Origin: a virus
Strand: one strand, 5' to 3'
DNA: 64,000 nt
IMG/VR virus record: IMGVR_UViG_3300015371_000002
Span: 1-64,000 of that record
Part shown: positions 57,648-64,000 of the stretch, in pieces
How the letters are laid out: each line of letters starts with the position of its first letter
Position numbering within the stretch: the first letter of the stretch is position 1
Translations under genes and position numbers: made by a program
The notes under the pieces: generated by a model
The model's database searches: none
What the model was told of the DNA's origin: nothing
Seen by the model: the letters and a program-made list of their open reading frames with translations, nothing else

Positions 57648-58184
57648 CTATTTGTAGATCACGCCGATGCCGTTGTTCACCCCGCCCGGATCATAACGCA
57701 GTTCCGAGTAGTGATGCCCAGCCTTGGTCTCGTTCCAGAACGCCGGAACGCCGGATCTCTGCCAGCAGATATCGTGGAAGGCGACGACTTTGGTCGCCAT
57801 CTGGCCGTAGTTCTGCCAGTCCTTCTCTACATACGGCCGCGAGTGATTGGCATCGATAAAACAGGCATCGAACGGGCCAAGGGAACGCACCTTGTCGATC
57901 ACCGGGCGAGACGTGCTGTCGCCCCAAACCACGGTGCATTCGCGGCCTTCATCCTGCAGCCTGCGGATCACGCTTCGCATCGAATGATACGACGACGCTT
58001 CAGGCGCACGCGGAAAATCCACGCCGACGCACATTGAGCCGTTTGGTAAGGCCATGCCGACGCGCCAAAGCGTCCCGCCGAATTTACAACCAATCTCCAG
58101 ATAGGAGCGCGCGCCGACATCCAGCAAGAGGTCCACGAACGCGTCGAACTCCGGCTCGTATTGCAGCATCTGGGGCGGCCACAT
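57648..58184 (-). CDS. class I SAM methyltransferase
   Basis: YLEIGCKFGGT...GDS...FIDANHS...AFHDI. Confidence 0.85.
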   Translation of the reverse strand: MWPPQMLQYEPEFDAFVDLLLDVGARSYLEIGCKFGGTLWRVGMALPNGSMCVGVDFPRAPEASSYHSMRSVIRRLQDEGRECTVVWGDSTSRPVIDKVRSLGPFDACFIDANHSRPYVEKDWQNYGQMATKVVAFHDICWQRSGVPAFWNETKAGHHYSELRYDPGGVNNGIGVIYK

Positions 58185-58185
58185 C

Positions 58186-58758
58186 TCAGTAACCCCGCGC
58201 CCAGATGGCACTTACTCCAAGACTGCGGCTCAGATAGCTGGTGTGAACGCGGCGCATCTCGACGGCACCGAGTTCGCGGTCAAGCAGCGCCATTTCTGCC
58301 TCATTCTCGTCGAACTTTTCCGAAGTCGCGCGCCAGCCAAAGAAGTTACCTGTGCGTTTGCCCAAATGACGGACCAGTTCACAGAGGTCCGCATCTCTCA
58401 TAACGCGTCGCAGTTTGTGCAACGTCGCCAGGCAAAGCGTTATGTCGTAGCGATGTCCATGAAATGGCGCGAGCGAGGTATATCCCTTCGACAGATCAAC
58501 CACCTCAAACTGCGACTCAACCTGGCGCAAATCCATGAACAGGTGGCGCGCGAAATCAATACCATCAGCGTAGTTGTCACAGCCATGCACCAGACGAGCA
58601 CCGTTGTTCGCCATCTCAAACCCGACGAGACTGCGATTACAGCCGATGTCCATCACCGACGCGCCGCGTGCTCGCAGCACGAGATCGAGGATACCGTCCA
58701 GACGGATATCGTGCGGTCCAGCCACACGGCGCTGCATGTTGCGTTCGTCAAATGCCAT
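58186..58758 (-). CDS. class I SAM methyltransferase
   Basis: VMDIGCNRSL...HGCD...YDITLCLATLH; TAATG coupling. Confidence 0.75.
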   Translation of the reverse strand: MAFDERNMQRRVAGPHDIRLDGILDLVLRARGASVMDIGCNRSLVGFEMANNGARLVHGCDNYADGIDFARHLFMDLRQVESQFEVVDLSKGYTSLAPFHGHRYDITLCLATLHKLRRVMRDADLCELVRHLGKRTGNFFGWRATSEKFDENEAEMALLDRELGAVEMRRVHTSYLSRSLGVSAIWARGY

Positions 58759-59414
58759 TAAACCCAACCCATGCAAAAATCCCCGCCTGCATCCCAATGC
58801 ACCGTGGCGCCCCAATCCTGCAGCAATTCGATCGCCTGCTGGCCAAAGCCATAGCGCACGACGTTCAGCGGCTTTTGCTCAATGAGAATGAGCGGCTTGG
58901 CATTCCGAATAACCTGCTCGCCGCCTTCGATAACGCGCAGCTCATATCCCTCGCAATCGATCTTGAGAAAGTCGAGCCCGTCTGGATCAATCGCATCGTC
59001 TAGCGTCGTCATGGGGCAAATACTCGGAGCGCCGACTTCCTTGGTTCGCACCCGCGCCTTGACCGACCAAGGGGGCTTGATCGCCATGTCGACCTCGCCC
59101 TCCGTCGCACCAAGAGCCAATTGGCGTAGCGTGACATTCGCGAAGCCGTTCAGATTGCGCACAAAGCATTCAGCGTGCGTGCTCACCGGCTCGAACGCCG
59201 TGACCCTGACAAAGCAGCGCGACATTGGCCATGACCACAGGCCGATATGCGCTCCGACATCGACGGCATGGCGGAAATCGCGAATATACGGCGTGCAGCG
59301 CAAAAACCACTTCAGCATATAGGTCGGGCGGCCAGCAAAGGTCGGGACGGTTTTGATGGCGACGTTTAGGTTGTCGTCGTAGTCCGGACACCACCAGCCA
59401 TTGACCAGTTTCAT
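58758..59414 (-). CDS. FkbM-family methyltransferase
   Basis: AVDVGAHIGLWS...AFEP...ALG...TLDD...LKIDCEGYE. Confidence 0.9.
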   Translation of the reverse strand: MKLVNGWWCPDYDDNLNVAIKTVPTFAGRPTYMLKWFLRCTPYIRDFRHAVDVGAHIGLWSWPMSRCFVRVTAFEPVSTHAECFVRNLNGFANVTLRQLALGATEGEVDMAIKPPWSVKARVRTKEVGAPSICPMTTLDDAIDPDGLDFLKIDCEGYELRVIEGGEQVIRNAKPLILIEQKPLNVVRYGFGQQAIELLQDWGATVHWDAGGDFCMGWV

Positions 59415-59502
59415 GCCACCGTCCTGGTCAAAATAGGAAATACCTAAGCGCCACAACAGCGAATGCCGCGACGCACAAGCCGGCAAAGATCCAGTAGTCC
59501 AG

Positions 59503-60147
59503 CTACGACTTCCAGATCAGCCGGGCGCCGCGATCAATCTCGGTCATCGCGAGCCCCTTGCCGAAGTATTCGTCGGCCGCCTTCTGGCTGCCCAACCACC
59601 ATCCGTAATCGTCCAGCACCAGCGCCCCGCCGGAAACCAGCAGCGGATACAGCACCTGCAGTTCGATCAGGGTAGAGGCGTAGAAGTCAGTATCCAATCG
59701 CAGATAACTGATCCTTTGCGGCAGCCGCGTTCCCCGTAGCGTGTCCTCGACCATGCCGACGATGAACTCGACCGACTTATCAAGCAGCTTGCGCGCGGCG
59801 AAGTTGTCTTTGACCTCCGCTAGTGGCGCCAGCAGCCAGTCCTTCGGCTTGTCGTGCGGGCGGCCGCCCCGATAGTTCTGATCCTCTGGACCGCAGGGCG
59901 GCATGCCCGCGAAGGTGTCGTAGCACCAGTATTTTCGCGGGCGATAACCGCGCCCTTCAACGTAGGCCTTAGCCAGGATCGGATGCACGCCGTGCCAAAC
60001 GCCGCACTCGACGAAATCGCCTTCGACGTTGCGCTCCTCGAGGCGGTCAAGAATGTCCATTGTCGCGATCACGCAGGGCTGGCGGGAGCCGAGCCGCTGC
60101 ACGTCGGTGATCAGCCGTTCCCGTAGCACCCGGCTTACAGAATCCAC
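59503..60147 (-). CDS. TylF/NovP-like sugar O-methyltransferase
   Basis: EGDFVECGVWHG...DTFAGMP...LRLDTDFYAST...GGALVLDDYG. Confidence 0.92.
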   Translation of the reverse strand: MDSVSRVLRERLITDVQRLGSRQPCVIATMDILDRLEERNVEGDFVECGVWHGVHPILAKAYVEGRGYRPRKYWCYDTFAGMPPCGPEDQNYRGGRPHDKPKDWLLAPLAEVKDNFAARKLLDKSVEFIVGMVEDTLRGTRLPQRISYLRLDTDFYASTLIELQVLYPLLVSGGALVLDDYGWWLGSQKAADEYFGKGLAMTEIDRGARLIWKS

Positions 60148-60242
60148 AGGATAAGTGCCGTGGCCAGCCCTATGCCGAGAATGACGAGGTATGGATCCGT
60201 CCGGTGGACCCGCCAGAAACGCCCCACCTGCCGCTGCTCCAT
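60135..60242 (-). CDS. 35-aa single-TM micropeptide
   Basis: MEQRQVGRFWRVHRTDPYLVILGIGLATALILWIL*. Confidence 0.45.
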   Translation of the reverse strand: MEQRQVGRFWRVHRTDPYLVILGIGLATALILWIL

Positions 60243-60243
60243 C

Positions 60244-60558
60244 TCAGTCGGAGAACGTCGGGTTGGCGTCCGGGTTGGCAGGCCAGCGCTTGTGCGCCAG
60301 ATGCTGCCAGTAGCAGAACGCCCGGCCGTCGTTATCAATGCCGAACAGCAGGGTCACCTCCGGGGCGTAGTTGCCCGTCTCGACCACCGGCATATCCGGC
60401 CCCTCGACGAGGTATCCGCGATAGAGCGCGTCGCCCTCGATATCGCGGCTGGCAATGATTTTATGCTCGGGCGGCAGATACTGCTCGATCATGCCCTGGA
60501 CGAACCCGGCGTGACCGGCGACCCGGAGAATTCCCCTACGGTATTCTGTGCTGTCCAT
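60244..60558 (-). CDS. hypothetical protein
   Basis: 104 aa, GGAGGT SD. Confidence 0.65.
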   Translation of the reverse strand: MDSTEYRRGILRVAGHAGFVQGMIEQYLPPEHKIIASRDIEGDALYRGYLVEGPDMPVVETGNYAPEVTLLFGIDNDGRAFCYWQHLAHKRWPANPDANPTFSD

Positions 60559-60571
60559 CGTGACCTCCCTA

Positions 60572-60817
60572 TCACGGGAGGCGACGGTAAGGGGTCATCC
60601 CGAGTCCCGCGCAAGTGACCAGATCATAGAGCAGCCAGAGGATGAAAATGACGACGACGGCGGCTACGATGATCTTGATGACCTGCATCACTAGATCGCT
60701 GGCCATGCCAAGCATGTTCAGGAAATACGGCACCAACTTATATAGGACTGCAATGACCGTGACGACGATGACGATGCGTATCAGCAGGTCGATCAACCAT
60801 GGCAATGACAGGCACAT
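60572..60817 (-). CDS. small two-TM membrane protein
   Basis: 81 aa, two hydrophobic helices, GGAGGT SD. Confidence 0.7.
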   Translation of the reverse strand: MCLSLPWLIDLLIRIVIVVTVIAVLYKLVPYFLNMLGMASDLVMQVIKIIVAAVVVIFILWLLYDLVTCAGLGMTPYRRLP

Positions 60818-60820
60818 CGT

Positions 60821-61621
60821 CTACCTCCTAAGTTTCGTCTCGGCCGCCGCTAAGACTTCATCGACGGTGATGCGATCCATCGCTGCGGCGCAATGTTCAC
60901 ATGGCCGCAGCCGGCCACAGGCTTCCGTGGCACCGCCGGTAAGATTTGCATGCGCGTCGTAACCGAGAACCGATGGCGGCAACCAGCCGCCAAACAACAC
61001 AACGGCTGGCGTCCCAACCGCTGCCGCCGCATGGTGCATGCCGCCTTCGGCTCCAACATACAATGCGGCCTTACCGAGGATTACCGCAGCAGAGCGGAAT
61101 GATGGTGTTTGGATAAGCCAGACATTGTGCAGGCGTGGGACGTCGCCATAAACGAATTGCAACACGCGAATGCCACGTGCGGATAGCTCATTGACGACTT
61201 GCTGATAGCGGTCAACGGACCATTGCTTGTTAACCAGATATGGGGCGCGGATCGTAACATGACGTTTGACGTGTGGCTCGATGACCACGAACTTCTTTGG
61301 AAGCGATAGCCGCTCGGCGGCTGCTTCATCCCCAGCCGTAAAGAAGAACTCGCCGGGTTGCACGTGGAAATCGTAGTTGAAACGCCAACGGTCGCCTTCT
61401 TGCGTGCTATATTGACGACAGCCTTTGTAGAACCGCACCCATTCGACGTCCGAGCCGTTAAGCGGCGATCCTGGAAATACGACGTTGGGATTGTTGCGGA
61501 ACACCGGCTCGGAATTCTGGTCCCAGATGAGTCTTAATCCATCACCGAATGCGATGCGCTTGCCTCGCATACGCGCGCCCTTAGCGAAGGAACTCGCTAT
61601 AAGATTGTCCCCGACACCCAA
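60821..61621 (-). CDS. GT9-like glycosyltransferase
   Basis: MGVGDNLI...NNPNV...KQW...YVGAEGGMHHAAAAVGTPAVVLFG. Confidence 0.85.
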   Translation of the reverse strand: MGVGDNLIASSFAKGARMRGKRIAFGDGLRLIWDQNSEPVFRNNPNVVFPGSPLNGSDVEWVRFYKGCRQYSTQEGDRWRFNYDFHVQPGEFFFTAGDEAAAERLSLPKKFVVIEPHVKRHVTIRAPYLVNKQWSVDRYQQVVNELSARGIRVLQFVYGDVPRLHNVWLIQTPSFRSAAVILGKAALYVGAEGGMHHAAAAVGTPAVVLFGGWLPPSVLGYDAHANLTGGATEACGRLRPCEHCAAAMDRITVDEVLAAAETKLRR

Positions 61622-61624
61622 AAG

Positions 61625-62350
61625 TCAGTGGCCCGCCGCCCAGGACGTTAGCTCAGCCCGCCATTCCTCGGCGAATTCGCAGTCGCGATACCCGTCCATA
61701 TCCGGGCAGCCCAAGGTGAAATGCGCAATCTTTGGCGACACAAGCGGTTGCGGAGAGACACCCACAAGATAGTTGTATTCCAACCCCAGCTCGCCGATTT
61801 GGTTATCGGCCAGCCAGCAGAAGCGATGCAGGTTTCGTCCTGGCAGTTCGTTGATCATATCCACCGTGAGCGCTCTATTCGCCGGATGGTCGACGTTCAG
61901 GATGAAGCAGGAACTCCACCATTTGCGCTCGTAGGTCCACTGCAGTTGATTATCCATCTTGGTCCCCTCGTCCATGGAGGGGGCGTGCTTGACGCAATAC
62001 AGCGCATACCGCGGGTCAAGCTCATCGAAGATGCGCGTCAGGTTCCCACGCACCAAAATGTCTCCATCAACGAACATCGCCCAACCTTCTTGGGCGAGCT
62101 CCTTGATGAGGAACCGTGCGATGGCGTGCTCAGTGCTGCACGGCGCATTAGAGATAACATCCCAGAGCCGACCATCCCGCATCTGCATTTCGCGGCGATA
62201 GAGGCCTCTGCCACGCAAATCATCCAATACCACGCCGTAGATCGGCAGCTTCGTCGACATGCGACGCTGTGCCGAGTATCGCGCGACAGCGTAAGCCGCC
62301 GCCTCCCTCGGGTCGAAGCCGAGAAAAACCGTGCACCGCCGGTCGAGCAC
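61625..62350 (-). CDS. GT8-like (GT-A) glycosyltransferase
   Basis: FLGFDPREAAAY...STEH...MFVDGD...KWWSS...YNYLVG...HFTLGCP. Confidence 0.85.
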   Translation of the reverse strand: MLDRRCTVFLGFDPREAAAYAVARYSAQRRMSTKLPIYGVVLDDLRGRGLYRREMQMRDGRLWDVISNAPCSTEHAIARFLIKELAQEGWAMFVDGDILVRGNLTRIFDELDPRYALYCVKHAPSMDEGTKMDNQLQWTYERKWWSSCFILNVDHPANRALTVDMINELPGRNLHRFCWLADNQIGELGLEYNYLVGVSPQPLVSPKIAHFTLGCPDMDGYRDCEFAEEWRAELTSWAAGH

Positions 62351-62352
62351 GA

Positions 62353-62520
62353 CTATTCGGCCTCCAGCCGATCAGCGGTGCGCTCCATTCCGCAGGCGCC
62401 TTCGAACAACCGCAGCATGTTGGCCGCCGCGGTGATCGCTTCCCCACGGCCAAGCCCCTTCTCGATCTTGACGTAGGCCTGCAATTGCTTGTGCAGATGC
62501 TCGAGGCTCTTATCGGTCAT
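62353..62520 (-). CDS. small hypothetical protein (not in ORF track)
   Basis: MTDKSLEHLHKQLQAYVK...LEAE*, 55 aa, fills the gap exactly. Confidence 0.5.
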   Translation of the reverse strand: MTDKSLEHLHKQLQAYVKIEKGLGRGEAITAAANMLRLFEGACGMERTADRLEAE

Positions 62521-63171
62521 TCACATCTTCCATTCTTGTAGCGCAACCTCCACCGAGGGCACGAACCGAAACTCTTTCACGTCGGAAAACCGCGTAGCGT
62601 TGGCGACATCGATGCCCATGTTGGACAGCGTCCGGGCGGCGATGGCGAACGAGCGGCGCCAACGGCGAAAGTTGGCTTCTCCGGGATTGTTCGCCCCAGA
62701 CCATTCGTTGCGGCCATACCAGTGCGGGCCTGAGCGGGTATGCACGTCGAGACCGACGAACGCGATCTGTCGCGCACCGAACTGCACCGCCAAATTTAAT
62801 GCCTGGAACCCGCTATTACCGCCTGATCCGACAAACCCCGGACGCTCCAACAGGATGTCGTCCTTGTGCATGTCGATCTTGATCAGATGAATGTCGGGAT
62901 ACTGCTCGTGCAGCAGTGGGTCATACGCGACCTTGAGGCCAGAGAACTTCGGCATGCCAATATTGGCGTGCCACCATGGTCGATCGCAGCCATAAATTAC
63001 GTCCGGCTTGCAGAGCCGCCACGACTCCTTGATCGCTATAACCCTTACGCGCTGTTTCTGTGCCAGGATGCTGAGATCAACATTCTTGGCGGACGGGCCT
63101 GACGCTACGATGACAGCGACGCAGCCGCGCCAATCGGGAAACCACGCAGGCTTATCGATGCCGTCGAACAT
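62521..63171 (-). CDS. Maf/DUF115-like putative sugar transferase
   Basis: VIVASGPS...YGCD..WW...NSGFQALNLAVQFGARQIAFVGLD...HWYG. Confidence 0.7.
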   Translation of the reverse strand: MFDGIDKPAWFPDWRGCVAVIVASGPSAKNVDLSILAQKQRVRVIAIKESWRLCKPDVIYGCDRPWWHANIGMPKFSGLKVAYDPLLHEQYPDIHLIKIDMHKDDILLERPGFVGSGGNSGFQALNLAVQFGARQIAFVGLDVHTRSGPHWYGRNEWSGANNPGEANFRRWRRSFAIAARTLSNMGIDVANATRFSDVKEFRFVPSVEVALQEWKM

Positions 63172-63998
63172 TAGGTCCGATCGCGACCTGGCACACCTGG
63201 CGGCCCTTGTTTACCCTCTGGACCCTTGAGCGATGCCAGCCACTCTTTCTCGGTGCCACTAAACCCCGCGGCACGCGCAATCTCGTAGGCCGACCGTCCA
63301 TTCCTCGCGGACTTCACCGCCAAGCGCCATCCGCTGTCAGGACCTACGCCGGGCGTTGCCGTTGTGGTTTTCTGGGCCAACCAGACAGCGCCATCGCGTG
63401 TCACCGCATCCCCGAGAACGTATTCCCCATCGCGCCAAATGCCACGATCGAGCGGCAACGGGAAATAGAACGACTGCGTGTGCTTCTGGCCGTCGCGCTC
63501 CATGATCAGCGTCATCGTGCGCTCGCCGTCATATTCCCAGCGCATATCGTCGAACCCGAGGCCCGGTGCCCCGTCTTTACCGTCCTTACCGTCCCTGCCG
63601 TCGGCGGCGCGCACCAGCCCGATGGACAGCGAGCGATTATCCGTCATGTGTGCGATAAGATTGCCCTCGGCATCTAGCGAGAATGAATCAACACCGGGCG
63701 GCGTTGTTCCGTCATCTCCGCGGACGCGTCCGGCGGTTTCAGTGGTGCCGTCTCGGCGCACGAATACCAGATCGCCATCGGCATTAACCAGGAAGCCGCG
63801 AGGGACAGTTGCCAAAGCTGCATCGACTGAACGCTTAATCTCATCAGCAGTCGCCATTGCTCGTCCGATGGCATCGCCGATCTCTCCCTTCATTTGTTCG
63901 CGGAGCGCGTTGATGCGATCGTCGATTTCTGCGGCAATCTTAGTTACATCTGCATCGGAACCGTCACGGCCAGCAGGGCCCGGCTCGCCCTTCTCGCC
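63171..63998 (-). CDS. collagen-like head-region protein (5' end outside window)
   Basis: Frame open to the window edge (GEKGEPGPAGRDG); GRDGKDG, GLGFDD...RGIW...GDAVT..G..W...WRLAVK, SAYEIA...GFSGTEKEWLASLKG. Confidence 0.8.
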   Translation of the reverse strand, partial: GEKGEPGPAGRDGSDADVTKIAAEIDDRINALREQMKGEIGDAIGRAMATADEIKRSVDAALATVPRGFLVNADGDLVFVRRDGTTETAGRVRGDDGTTPPGVDSFSLDAEGNLIAHMTDNRSLSIGLVRAADGRDGKDGKDGAPGLGFDDMRWEYDGERTMTLIMERDGQKHTQSFYFPLPLDRGIWRDGEYVLGDAVTRDGAVWLAQKTTTATPGVGPDSGWRLAVKSARNGRSAYEIARAAGFSGTEKEWLASLKGPEGKQGPPGVPGRDRT

Positions 63999-64000
63999 AG

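Noticed and set aside
60572-60817. Holin of a lysis cassette
   Set aside because: Two TM helices fit, but no endolysin or spanin is recognisable nearby or elsewhere in the window.
50058-63171. Host O-antigen/capsule locus or DNA restriction-modification island
   Set aside because: No wzx/wzy/ABC export genes; the methyltransferases lack DNA-MTase motifs (DPPY/NPPY, PCQ); the genes are coupled to phage structural genes.
6638-64000. Gene transfer agent, tailocin or contractile injection system
   Set aside because: No sheath or baseplate wedge genes seen; size, homing endonucleases and morons fit a genuine siphovirus-like phage. Capsid, terminase and integrase are outside the window, so prophage versus free phage cannot be decided.
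1-64000. tRNA, rRNA or att sites
   Set aside because: None recognised by eye; tRNAscan-SE and Infernal would be needed to exclude them.

Overview
This window is the virion-morphogenesis region of a tailed, siphovirus-like (pro)phage. Gene style and GC content suggest an alphaproteobacterial host. A long minus-strand late operon runs from beyond 64000 to a terminator at about 6640, in this order: collagen-like head-region protein; a ~13 kb block of glycosyltransferases, methyltransferases and a sugar epimerase (50058-63171); a small beta-rich structural protein; two HNH endonucleases; a ~15 kb block of fibre/appendage genes built from a shared 20-aa repeat, GH16-like, FN3 and SPRY modules; head-tail connectors; tail tube; frameshifted tail chaperones; tape measure; a 1880-aa glycan-binding protein; tail-tip and collar genes. 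The left 6.6 kb is an array of small accessory genes sharing an upstream motif. It is interrupted by a complete 3.7 kb IS1595-family (ISNha5-like) transporter IS with 25-bp imperfect IRs and an 8-bp target duplication. The best candidate for an undescribed system is the ~30 kb block between the collagen-like gene and the head-tail connector. It may encode repeat-templated modular appendages plus a phage-made methylated glycan for decorating them; this is inference. Other notable signals are a shared promoter/RNA leader in front of two unrelated endonucleases and an apparently circularly permuted lytic transglycosylase in the tape measure protein. Family calls come from motif recognition by eye; no database search was run.
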